64,000 bases of DNA from contig CAWJZV010000024.1 in NCBI GenBank assembly GCA_963847445.1, forward strand, positions 128,001 through 192,000, read 5' to 3'. Under the pieces are notes generated by a model, which was not told the origin of the DNA, did no database searches, and was given only the letters and a program-made list of their open reading frames with translations. This document shows, piece after piece, positions 54,495-64,000 of the stretch; position 1 is the stretch's first letter, and each line of letters starts with the position of its first letter. The DNA comes from an uncultured delta proteobacterium. GTDB lineage: Bacteria; Desulfobacterota; Binatia; UBA9968. The translations under genes and the position numbers were made by a program.

Positions 54495-54670
54495 ATCGAC
54501 CTCGCTTTGTAACGTGCCACCGAAAATATGGGGAATTCGCCCGTGGGTCAAGCAAAGATCGCAGGTCATCATTTGGCAGCTTCCCGGCGATGGCTGGGCA
54601 TAGCCACTTCTATTTGCAATCGCGCGGTAAATTGGGATTATAGAGCGATAACGATCCCAAGGAGACTCGC

Positions 54671-55541
54671 ATGATTCGAATCACCACCGCCAGCCGTCTA
54701 TTGTTAACCGTTTTTTGGTATGGCGGCATCGGCCGCGGCCCAGGCTCAAGAGCTTGAGAGGCTGCCCTACGTGCCAACACCGCAGATTGTCGTCGACGAG
54801 ATGCTGAAAATGGCCGGCGTCACCGACAAAGACTTCGTCGTCGACTTGGGCTCCGGCGATGGCCGCATGATCATCACCGCGGCGCGCAGCTTCAAAGCCA
54901 ACGGTCTCGGCGTCGACATCGATGCCAAGCTCGTCGATCTCGCCACCAGACACGCGCGCAACGAAGCGGTCGGCGACCGCGCCAAGTTCATCGAACAAGA
55001 TATGTTCAAGGCCGACATCAGCAAAGCTACGGTGGTGACGCTCTATGTCCTGCCCGATTTCATGGAAAAGCTCCGGCCCAAACTGCTGCGCGAGTTGAAA
55101 CCCGGCGCGCGCATCGTCGCCCATGATTATTATATGAGCGAGTGGCCTCCCGACCGCTTCGCGGAAATGAACGTGCCGGAGAAAAAAGCCGCCAACGGCA
55201 CGGAGAAAGCCTATCTCTATCTGTGGACCGTCCCGGCAATCGTTCAAGGCGACTGGCGCATCAATTGGGATTTCGGCGATGGCAAACCGCGGTTGATCGT
55301 CCTGGCATTCAATCAAAGATACCAAACCATCAATGCTTCCGCCGCCAGCAAAGACGGCGAGATGAAGATCGCCAACGCCACGCTCAAAGGCGACGATATC
55401 GACTTTTTCCTCACCGTCGGCGCGGCGAATTACCGCTTCACCGGCAAAGTCCAGGGCGACCGCATGAGCGGCAACGCCGTCACCGGCGCCGGTGGCAAAT
55501 CGATCCCGTGGAGCGCCGCCAAGATGCCGCCGGAAAAGTGA
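54671..55541 (+). CDS. SAM-dependent methyltransferase with signal peptide (frameshift in 5' part)
   Basis: AAGGAG RBS and ATG 54671; PYVPTP, DLGSGDGR, ATVVTLY, LKPGARIVAHDY. Confidence 0.85.
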
Positions 55542-55666
55542 GTTTGACATCTTGGCTTGGGTTTCGTAGGGAAAGGGAAGTTGTCGACAACCTTCGGGCC
55601 TTGATGTGGATCGACTTAATCAAAAGGAAGACAAATACAACCTAGATCGAAAGCGAGGGTAATCTC

Positions 55667-56725
55667 ATGAACGCACCCGTATCCGCATACACCCCTGAAG
55701 TGGTATTGGCCGGCGAGAAGATTATTTCCGCCGACTCCCATATCAAGGAGCCGGAAGATCTGTGGGTCAATCAACTGCCGGCGTCGATGAAAGATCGCTA
55801 TCCAAAATTTCCCAAGCGCAATTCGCCCGGCGAAAAACCCGGCGGCTGGGACCCCAAGGCGCGCATTAGCGAGATGGAAACCGACGGCGTGTCGGCCGAA
55901 GTGCTCTATCCGACGCTGGGGCTGCGTTTGTTCGCCATGGAAGACGCCGAATGTCAGGAAGCCTGCTTCCAGATCGCCAACGATTGGATGATCGACTACT
56001 GCAAAGTCACCCCGGGCCGATTGATCGGCATCCCGATGATTTCGCTCTACAACATCAAGAACGCGATCAAGGAGCTCGAGCGTTGCAAGAAGGCCGGCAT
56101 GGTCGGCTGCTTGATCTGGCAAGTACCGCCGGACCATCTGCCGTTCTCCAGCGACTACTACGATCCGTTCTGGGAAGCCGCAGGCGAGATGAATATGCCG
56201 GTGAACTTGCATATCCTCACCGGATTCAACTACAGCCGCTTCGAGCGCAAAGGACTCGACACCTACAAGACCGCCGTCAACGATAAGGTCAACGACGCGG
56301 CGAATACGTTATTCGATCTGATCTTCACCGGCGCGCTGTCGCGTTTCCCCAAACTCAAACTGGTCTACGTCGAAAATGAGTGCGCCTGGCTGCCCTTCTA
56401 CTCCCACGAGTGGGACAAATACTACACCCGCTTCAAAACCAAAGTGCCGCTGCCGTTCATGAAGAAACTCCCCGGCGAATATATCGACGAACAAGTGTAC
56501 GCGACCTTTTTTAGCGACCCTTGCGGCGGCCAGCTGATGAATCGTTTCGGCCAAGACACGTTCATGTGGTCCAACGACTACCCGCACGCCGCCTCGCCGT
56601 GGCCGCACTCACGCAAAGTGATCGCCGAAGAATTAGGCCACCTGCCTAAAGACGTGCTGCGCAAAGTCGTGCGCGAGAACGTCATCAAGCTCTACGACTT
56701 GAAGATCGACGGGATCAACAATTGA
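55667..56725 (+). CDS. Amidohydrolase_2 family protein
   Basis: IISADSH, EVLYPT, RFPKLKLVYVE, MWSNDYPH. Confidence 0.92.
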   Translation: MNAPVSAYTPEVVLAGEKIISADSHIKEPEDLWVNQLPASMKDRYPKFPKRNSPGEKPGGWDPKARISEMETDGVSAEVLYPTLGLRLFAMEDAECQEACFQIANDWMIDYCKVTPGRLIGIPMISLYNIKNAIKELERCKKAGMVGCLIWQVPPDHLPFSSDYYDPFWEAAGEMNMPVNLHILTGFNYSRFERKGLDTYKTAVNDKVNDAANTLFDLIFTGALSRFPKLKLVYVENECAWLPFYSHEWDKYYTRFKTKVPLPFMKKLPGEYIDEQVYATFFSDPCGGQLMNRFGQDTFMWSNDYPHAASPWPHSRKVIAEELGHLPKDVLRKVVRENVIKLYDLKIDGINN

Positions 56726-56739
56726 CCATTGATGATCCA

Positions 56740-56822
56740 TGTGGTGTCATCCCGAACGAATGTGAGGGATCTAGATTCCCGCGGAGTCTATCATGAGCGC
56801 TGCCGCTGCGCTCGAAATGACA
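56740..56822. repeat. REP-like inverted pair
   Basis: TGTCATCCCGAAC..GAGGGATCT...GCTCGAAATGACA. Confidence 0.6.
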
Positions 56823-56842
56823 AAATAACACGGAGAAACGCC

Positions 56843-57337
56843 ATGCAGAAAAGCGCCACCGCCGCGGTTTATAAGAACTACGATCAACCGAAAACCCAGC
56901 TCTTTTCGCTCAAGACGCCGTACATGGAACAAGGCCGAGTAACCCAGCTTGTCGCCGAGACACCGAACCTGTGGATTCACACCAAGGTCAACGCCGAAGG
57001 CGGCGAGAACGAAATCCACAAGCATTTGGGCGAAGACCACGCCTTCATCGTTCTGGAAGGACAGATGAGCGTCTTCGATGAACAGGGCGGCGAGATCGAA
57101 GTGAAGCAGTATCAGGGCGTGATGATTCCCAAAGGCGCTTACTATCGCTATTTGAACACCGGCGACGGCAACCTGGTGGTGATCCGCGTCGGCGCCGGCG
57201 TAAAGGGACAACAGCAGGCGGGTCAGGAAACGCGCCTCGGCGCCGACGGCAAACCACTGGTCAGCGGCACACCGGAGAACCGCAACAAACCGCCCATCGA
57301 GATGATCGGCAAGTTTTTCGCCGAAGCCGCGGGTTAA
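56843..57337 (+). CDS. Cupin domain protein
   Basis: GGENEIHKHLGEDHAFIVLEG, IPKGAYY. Confidence 0.85.
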   Translation: MQKSATAAVYKNYDQPKTQLFSLKTPYMEQGRVTQLVAETPNLWIHTKVNAEGGENEIHKHLGEDHAFIVLEGQMSVFDEQGGEIEVKQYQGVMIPKGAYYRYLNTGDGNLVVIRVGAGVKGQQQAGQETRLGADGKPLVSGTPENRNKPPIEMIGKFFAEAAG

Positions 57338-57372
57338 GCGCACGAAGCGCGGCAAATGACTTATCGAAGGTC

Positions 57373-57404
57373 AAGGGCCGCTCGCAATGAGCGGCCCTTT
57401 TTTT
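57373..57404 (+). terminator. Rho-independent terminator
   Basis: AAGGGCCGCTC-gcaat-GAGCGGCCCTTTTTT. Confidence 0.88.
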
Positions 57405-57618
57405 GGTCCGGAGTTTCCGAATTGCCTTGACTCAAAGGTCGCCAATAAATTTGGCGGTCGGGCTCTTACGCTCCACTCACTAACCGATCTCTTCGCTGGT
57501 CCGCCGAACTCCGATAACACCAATCCCCATTTTCATCCACTGTGGGCGTGCGTAAGACCTTGAACCACTCTGTGGTAAATTTTTCCGGTCTTCAGTGGGA
57601 TCACGACGCGGCGCGAAA

Positions 57619-59065
57619 TTAAGAACCGAAGGTTTCGCGGAGAATTTCTTTCACCGCGTCCGCCGAGATGTCGTCCAATCGCGCTGCGCCAGCAAGCGGC
57701 AGAGTTTGCGCAAACTGCCGCTGCCAGGCGACCGTGCCATTGTCGATGCGCACGACTCTCATTTCGACCACTGCGCGCAAGGGCGACCGGCCATCGGTAT
57801 GCCAACGGCGAATCTCCGATAGCCATAACCAGCCCGAGAGATTGGCGGTGCGAGCATTGGCCGCGGCGCTGGCGCCATCGAAGGGCAGGGATTGCAAGCG
57901 GCTATCCAGTTCCTCAGGGAAGGAAACGGTAATTTGCCGTTGTATCAGTTCGCTTCGGAGCGAGCCACGCAGCAAATCCATCACCGTGAGCCGGTAGTCG
58001 GGAGGAAGCTTGCCGGCGATCTCGGCCAAAGAGCGCAGTGGGTTGGTGCCGGGCAAACGCAGGTCAGAGTCCGTGCTGTTGCGCACCGGCGCCAGCCAGA
58101 TCGCGCCCTGGCCAAGTAGCGATAAATCCAGCGGCGCTTGCGCGCGTTGCGCGGCGCAGCCGGAGACCAGCACAAACAGCAGCGCTAATAGGCAGGTGAG
58201 TCCCCGGCCTCGGCGCAAAATCGCTTGCCCAGCATAGACAGCGAAAATAACCACGCAGCCAAACGCCACATCCGTCGGTCCCAGCGGCAGGTCCAGGCGC
58301 ACGGATAGATAGAAGCCTAGGACCGCGATGAAAATACCGATCAACGACGAGAGCGACAGAAACGAACTCATGCCGCGCGCCAAGGCGCGCGCCGCCAGGG
58401 GCGGTAAGACCATGAAACCGAAAACCAAGAGCGGCCCAGCCATGATGACGCCAATGGCAATGCTGAAGCCGCACAGAACGTACAACCAAAAACTCCACTG
58501 CGCGCTGCCGCCGGTGAGCAAGAAAGACAGATCGCGGTCGAAAGAGTTGAGTAAAAATTCCCGGCGAAACAAAACCAGACCGACATATATCACGCCGTAG
58601 ACGATCGCCAGCAGTTTCAATTCTTCCTTGGATAAGGAAATCACTTCGCCCTTGAGCAAATTGAGGATTTCCAGCTCACCGGCGGGGTTAAAGACAATGA
58701 ACAAAATCGTCACTGCCGACGCCAGGGCGTAAGCCGCCGCAAGCCGGCCTTCCGGCGATCCAGTCGCGTGGCGATCAAGATAGGCCAGCAGTCCCATGCC
58801 GGCCAACGTGAACATCAGTGAACCGGCCATCGCCAATAGCCGTTCGCCGCCGCGTGCCGTGAGCGAAACCGAAGGCATGATGCAGCCAAAATGTGCAGGC
58901 CACGCCGCAGGCGGCGATTTGCGGCAGCGTCAAGCCGAGGAATACCCGCCGGCGCAGCATCAAGTGCGCGCCGACCAACGGACAAACCAATGCCAGGATG
59001 ACGCTGCCGAGCAACGCCGGGAAAAGCAAGAACGACGGACTGAGAATTTCCCAAAAGCTCACCAT
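57619..59065 (-). CDS. Zn/Mn-type metal ABC permease with C-terminal lipoprotein-like extension (frameshift near 58880)
   Basis: [44 protein letters not shown]; internal LVSGC. Confidence 0.82.
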
Positions 59066-59741
59066 GGATGTTGCGCCACCGATCCTTCTTCCCACGCCAC
59101 TTTGCCGCCGTCGACGCGCAAGATCTTTGTCGGTCACGCTGCGCACCATGCGTAGATCGTGGCTCGAAAAGAAATATCGCTTTGCCTTCGTCGCGATTGA
59201 GTTTGATCAAAAGCTCGCTGATCGCTTTCTGCGACTCCGGGTCGACGCCGGACAGCGGTTCGTCGAGAATCAAAATCTTCGGGCCGACCATGAGTGCCCG
59301 GGCGATCAGCATGCGTTGACTCTGGCCGCCGGACAGCGAAAAGAAAGAGCGTCCCGCCAGATGACGATAACCCGACCTGCTCGATCACATCGTGCAAGCG
59401 CTGTTTTTCCCGTCCCGGCAGACCCAGATAGGGCTTTAGCCGTCCAAGCCGCCCATCGCCACCACTTCGCGCGCGGTGATCGGAAAGGTCGAATCGAGCG
59501 CAGAACTCTGCGGCACGTAGCCGAACTCGCTGAGCGCGCAGTTGCGCACGAGCAAGCCGCTGATCGACGGGAAGAAATCCCAGAATCGTTCGAAGATCGT
59601 GGTCTTGCCGGAACCGTTAGGACCGGCCATCGCAATGAGTTCGCCGGCATGGATATCCAGATCGACGGCTTGCAATACCGGCGACACCGTCGTAACCGAG
59701 CGTTGCAGCGCGAAGAGAAATCAACGGGAGAGCTTACTCAC
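59059..59741 (-). CDS. Metal ABC transporter ATP-binding protein (multiple frameshifts)
   Basis: [38 protein letters not shown] spread over several frames. Confidence 0.8.
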
Positions 59742-59790
59742 GCAAGCTCTCCCTCAAAATGATCGAGTTCAAGTTGCATTAGGATCTTTC

Positions 59791-60715
59791 CTAACTCTTT
59801 TTGAGCGCGCCTAGCAAACTCCTGAGGTTGTAATCGATAAATTTGATGTAGCTGTCGGTCTCCGCCGTTGCGCCGCCGGTGCTTTGCAGTCGCACCACTG
59901 CGGCGCCGGTCTGACCCGCGAGCTGCTTCGGATAGCGATCGCTTTGCGGCCCGTAGATGATCACCTGCACTTTTTCCTGCTGCATTTTCTGGACAAGACC
60001 CACCAAATGATTCGGCGTTGGTTCAATGCCGGGTTTTAGTTCGATGCTACCGATCTGCTGAAGGCCAAAGCGACTCGCGAAATAGGCCCAATCGCTATGA
60101 TAGGCGACGAACTTGGTTCCCTTCAGTGGCGCTGCCAGGGTTTGCCATCTTGCAATCGCTTTGTCCAACTCGGCCAAATAGGCGGTTAAGTTCTTCTCGA
60201 AGACCGCTTTATGTTGCGGAAAATTACGCGCCAAACCGTCGGCGATATTGCGCGCGATCACTTTACCGTTGAACGGATCGAGGTTGTAATGCGGATTGCC
60301 CTTGGGATGGACATCGTCCTTCGGCGCGGTCAACGCTTTTCGGCACGTCCAGCACGGTAATCCCCGCCGAACAATCGACATGGCCGGGCTGGCCCGGCAT
60401 GATTTTCGGGTTGCTCGCCGGCTCCAAAAGCGCCGGCAGCCAAGAAATTTCCAGATCCAACCCCATGGCGACGAGTATATTGGCGCGGTTGAGCCTGGGA
60501 ACAAAACTCGGCTTGACCGGCACCGCGTGCATGAACTCAACACCGCGGGTGAGACTCTCGACCTCGACCAACTCCTTGCCGATCTGTTTGGTGATATCCG
60601 CCAGGTCGGGAATCGTCGTGACGACGCGAATCGGCTGCGCATGAGTGACGGCGACAGCGCCCCAGAGCAGACTGAAAAATAATAAGCTGATAAAACTTCT
60701 TCGTTTCACTCGCAT
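59791..60715 (-). CDS. Metal ABC substrate-binding protein (ZnuA/TroA family; frameshift near 60320)
   Basis: VVTTIPDLADI, GLDLEISWLP, DVHPKGNPHYNLDP, ELKPGIEPTPNH. Confidence 0.88.
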
Positions 60716-60744
60716 GATTTTGTCTCCTTCCTTGAGCCCCGCCA

Positions 60745-61997
60745 TTAGCGGTTGGCGAAGCCGTGCGAATGGGCGCCCAACGTGGTCGTCCACTGCAGAA
60801 AAAATTGGTTACCGCCGTCGGCTCTTCGATTCGTTAACGTTGTCGTTGCCGTAGGTGTATTGGAAGCGCAGCCGGTTAAACTCGCTCAGCTTCCAGGTCA
60901 AGAAGGGTGAATAGCTCTGAGTCTTCTTACCCGGGCTGGCCAAACTCGGCGCATTGTCGTACAGAAACCCGGCCGACCACTCGACGGTTGAGCTTTGCCT
61001 CGACGTAGGCGTAGCCGCCAGGGGCAAACATGCGCCGGAACCCTGAGTCGCGCTCGACGCGCTCGCTGTTGCCAAACAGTTCGGCGCCAACCGTCACGCC
61101 TTGATGCAGGGTGCTGTCGAGCGGTTGGTAGCGATAGGTCAAGTCTAAGCCACTGAGTGTCCGGCTTCCGCCATGGGGATCGGACGGAATGCGAATCGAG
61201 GGCGTATAGGCCAAGCTCGTTCCCAGTTCGATGCTGTGATTATCGCTCAAATCGAAATAAGTATTGAGCCGCCCGAGATAGGTAAACCGGCTCCAGGCGC
61301 GTGACTTGGTATCGTCCAAGCGCTCGTTTTCCGCGCCGAGCTTATTGTAACCGCCAACGGTGCCGCGCAAGAAAAACGGCGTCGGGAAAAGATAGCTCAA
61401 CTCCGCGCCATCGGCTTTCGATTCGCCGCCGACGATGCGCTCCAGCGAGAGCGGCGTATTCACAAAGGCATATTCATGGGGATGGAACTTGGCCAGGCGG
61501 CCGAAGTCGGCGAAAAACCGCCCGCCGCGGGCTTGCAAATTCCACGGCAACGAGGTCGTCACCATCGCCGCCTCCTCGACCTCGACGCCGTCGCCGCTGC
61601 CGGTAAAAAACGCGTAGCCGCGCGCATAGGGATCGATGGAGGCCGCAATGCCGATCTCCGCCGAGCGGAAATTGAACGTCCCGCCGGCTTTGCTGCGTTG
61701 CTCGGCAGTGGCGTCGATCGCCATGCCGATGGCGGGATTGAGCGCCGACGGCGCGCTTTGGACAGCTCTGACTGACTTTTCGACTTGATCCACCCGTGTG
61801 GCCGTGGTGCCCTTCTCTTTTTCCAATTGGTCGATTCGCTGCAGCGCCTTTTGCAGCTGCTGCTCCATGCCCTTGACCAGAGAACGTAACGATTCGAGCT
61901 CGGAATTTTGTGCCAAGCCCCGCTCAGAAATGAATAATAAAACGGTAAATACGGCGGACGCCACCACTGATGGTGTCCGCGAAGCGGATGAAACCAT
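60745..61997 (-). CDS. Outer membrane beta-barrel, putative metal-uptake porin/receptor (frameshifts near 3' end)
   Basis: Signal peptide, coiled coil, LNPAIG, ASIDPY, FGRLAKFHPHE, SEFNRLRFQY, C-terminal GAHSHGF. Confidence 0.75.
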
Positions 61998-62016
61998 GAT
62001 GAGCCTCCCTCACGAG

Positions 62017-62060
62017 ACAACAAAATCCCCTCCGCTCGGGCAAACCCGACGGAGGGAAAA
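62017..62060 (-). terminator. Attenuator/terminator-like hairpin between uORF and metal-uptake operon
   Basis: Minus strand TCCCTCCGTCGGG-TTTG-CCCGAGCGGAGGGGA then TTTTGTTGT. Confidence 0.6.
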
Positions 62061-62084
62061 CCAATATCGCTGTGGTTTGATGAA

Positions 62085-62381
62085 CTAGACTGGGAGTGAG
62101 AGAGGCGGTCCGCGGACAAATGGGCGCTGCGGCGCGGTGAAATTCCACTCGTCGCTCTGCGCTTCGAGCAAAATGGCAAATTGTGCGACTGGCAGGATGG
62201 CTGGCGCGGCATCGTGCACAACCAACTCCGTGCGCGCACCTTGCACGCAACTGCATTGGCTGCTCAGTTGCGACGACAGCGAAACATGAAAATGCAGCGG
62301 CAGGAAGAAAACAAACAGCAATGTCGCCGCACAGGCAAAACGGCCAAATGCGCGGGCTGTGCGAATTCGCAAAACCGGCAT
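62085..62381 (-). CDS. DUF2946/CruR-like leader peptide with HxH, CxC and RGPP motif
   Basis: Hydrophobic N-terminus, LHFH, QCSC, C-terminal VRGPPLSLPV; upstream of metal-uptake genes. Confidence 0.68.
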   Translation of the reverse strand: MPVLRIRTARAFGRFACAATLLFVFFLPLHFHVSLSSQLSSQCSCVQGARTELVVHDAAPAILPVAQFAILLEAQSDEWNFTAPQRPFVRGPPLSLPV

Positions 62382-62387
62382 GAAAAG

Positions 62388-62416
62388 AACCTACTCAAAG
62401 GCCATGGGCTTGTCAA
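62388..62416 (-). promoter_or_regulatory. Sigma70 promoter, leaderless arrangement
   Basis: TTGACA-N17-TAGGTT, then 6 nt, then ATG 62381. Confidence 0.6.
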
Positions 62417-62424
62417 TAAAAACT

Positions 62425-62582
62425 AAAAACGGTGCTCCATGCGGGCAGGCAACCAGGCACTCCAGGCCACCCGCTGTTAGTTTGTCCGCCTGGACCCTCC
62501 AGCGAACTCTGGCCATTCCACCAGGCTCCGGGTTTATCAGTAGTCCATAGCCAGTCCCGCCAACGCCCCCGGAGTCAGCTCC
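62425..62582 (-). ncRNA. Candidate structured non-coding RNA (family unknown)
   Basis: Several GC-rich stems, upstream TTGATC-N18-GACAAT, 3' U-run, no credible ORF. Confidence 0.4.
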
Positions 62583-62633
62583 TAACTAGCTGGTTTTTGG
62601 ATTGTCTGTTACTCGGATTTTATTGATCAACCG

Positions 62634-62659
62634 GTAAACCGACCGCGGCTGGCGCCGTC
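62634..62659 (+). promoter_or_regulatory. Putative ECF promoter
   Basis: GTAAAC-N16-CGTC upstream of the secreted protein/ECF/anti-sigma cluster. Confidence 0.55.
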
Positions 62660-62702
62660 TAACCGGTACAGAACGTAAAAACTGGCTTAGGAGGCATTCG
62701 AT

Positions 62703-63098
62703 ATGAATACTAAATCGGTCATGGGCACCGGATTGCTCGTGGCGACTTTGGCGCTGGCAGGTTCGCCAGTAATTGCCGCGGAAACCAAGGTCACCCCGGT
62801 GGAGAAAACCGAGTTGAGACAGGACCGCAAGGAAATCCGCCAAGACCGCCGGGAGATCAAGAGCGACCGCCGAGAGTTGCGCAAGGACCGCAAAGAGCTG
62901 CGCTCTGACCGCCGCGAGTTACGCCGCGATCTCAAGCACGGCGCTAGCAAAGAAGAAATCGCCCAAGACCGCGCAGAGATCGCCCAGGGCAAGGCAGAGA
63001 TTAAAGGCGACAGGAAGGAATTGAAACAGGACCGCGTAGAACGGCGCCAGGATCGCAAAGAGCTGCGAGCCGATCGCCGCGACGCCGTAAAGAACTAA
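62703..63098 (+). CDS. Secreted heptad-repeat coiled-coil protein
   Basis: AGGAGG RBS; signal peptide; repeated E(L/I)xxDRx units. Confidence 0.8.
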   Translation: MNTKSVMGTGLLVATLALAGSPVIAAETKVTPVEKTELRQDRKEIRQDRREIKSDRRELRKDRKELRSDRRELRRDLKHGASKEEIAQDRAEIAQGKAEIKGDRKELKQDRVERRQDRKELRADRRDAVKN

Positions 63099-63111
63099 CC
63101 GGGAGCCGACC

Positions 63112-63777
63112 ATGGCATGCCTTCAAGCGGCGGCAGAACTTGAATTCTTCCGCCGCCCCCTCCACACTGATGCGAGCGCGCGTGAATCGACGAAAGGCAG
63201 GACCAGCCAATTGGCGAACTCTGGGGATGAGGAGTTGGTGGCGTTGGCCCAACAGGGCGACCGCCGGGCGTTCGAAGAACTGATCGAGCGCCACAAGCAG
63301 AAGGCCTACCATATCGCCTTTGGCTTCGCCCGCGATCGCGAGGAGGCCAAGGATCTGTCGCAAGACGCCTTCTTGAAGGCGTTTATTTATTTGAAGAACT
63401 TTGACGGCCGTTCGAGTTTTTACACTTGGTTTTATCGCATCGTCGTCAACGTCTGTCTCGACTACAAGCGGCGCGCCAAGCGCACCTCCGCCGGCGAGTT
63501 TGACGAGACCATCGAGAGTCAAATGGAACCGTCCCATAATCCGGCTCGGCCGCTGGCGCCGGAGCAGCATGTGCAGGCCAGGCAGCTCTCGCGAAAAGTC
63601 GACGCCGCCCTGCAAAAACTGCCGGCGAAACAGCGCATGGCATTTATTTTGAAGAACAATCAAGGACTATCGATTAAAGAAATCGCCGCGACCATGGAAA
63701 CCGCCGAGGGCACCGTGAAAGTGCATTTGCACCGCGCGGTCACCACGCTACGGCAAAGCTTGGCGGAATTGGTCTAG
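63112..63777 (+). CDS. ECF RNA polymerase sigma-70 factor (start uncertain)
   Basis: GDRRAFEELIERH, FDGRSSFYTWFYRIVVN, GTVKVHLHRA. Confidence 0.93.
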   Translation: MACLQAAAELEFFRRPLHTDASARESTKGRTSQLANSGDEELVALAQQGDRRAFEELIERHKQKAYHIAFGFARDREEAKDLSQDAFLKAFIYLKNFDGRSSFYTWFYRIVVNVCLDYKRRAKRTSAGEFDETIESQMEPSHNPARPLAPEQHVQARQLSRKVDAALQKLPAKQRMAFILKNNQGLSIKEIAATMETAEGTVKVHLHRAVTTLRQSLAELV

Positions 63778-63785
63778 GAGGAATT

Positions 63786-64000
63786 ATGACGGAGCGACTC
63801 AACCCGGCAGCAAGCGCCTGCGCAGACTTGGAAGCGGACCTCGTGCTGCTTCATTACGGCGACTTGGACGGCGCCGAGCGCGCGCGGCTCCAAGCCCATG
63901 CCGCCAATTGCGCCGGCTGCTCGAGCTATTTGACCGAACTCGCAACCCTGCTGCCGCTGGCGGACACAACCGACACGCCGCCGCAAGAGTTCTGGATGAA
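63786..64000 (+). CDS. Zinc-finger (ZAS) anti-sigma factor, partial
   Basis: MTERLNPAASAC..HAANCAGC (HxxxCxxC); AGGAGG RBS; runs off the right edge. Confidence 0.85.
   Translation, partial: MTERLNPAASACADLEADLVLLHYGDLDGAERARLQAHAANCAGCSSYLTELATLLPLADTTDTPPQEFWM

Noticed and set aside
57405-57618. About 200 bp intergenic tract between convergent genes as a possible sRNA
   Set aside because: Only weak short stems, no second copy in the window and no recognisable motif.
62425-62582. Cobalamin riboswitch, tmRNA or tRNA-Sec assignment for the structured tract
   Set aside because: No B12 box in correct order, no tRNA-like T-arm or CCA end and no UCA anticodon arm. Kept only as an unassigned RNA candidate.

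Overview
GC-rich bacterial chromosomal segment with about 55 protein-coding genes. The gene mix (orphan solute-binding proteins, amidohydrolases, UbiD, MmgE/PrpD, CMD, LLM and Xdh-family enzymes) and the intergenic repeat mosaics suggest Candidatus Binatia or a related deltaproteobacterial lineage; this is inference. Main contents: an ECF sigma/anti-sigma/MacAB-TolC efflux locus, dnaJ-cbpM, a cyanobacterial-type glgC, many catabolic enzymes, murJ, a ferredoxin-fused adenylate cyclase, an AT-richer XRE-ImmA/DUF4411 island, a metal-uptake operon and a second ECF locus. At least 15 genes carry single-base frameshifts, probably assembly indels. Features hidden from the ORF track: (1) two probable selenoproteins, a secreted rhodanese and a CxxU AhpD-like protein, sharing a SECIS-like hairpin; (2) a nested intergenic element seen in both empty and filled forms; (3) a leaderless RGPP arrest-peptide uORF plus an attenuator hairpin ahead of the metal-uptake operon; (4) an orphan structured RNA candidate of about 160 nt; (5) a duplicated ECF promoter. 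No rRNA, tRNA, CRISPR array or transposase was recognised.
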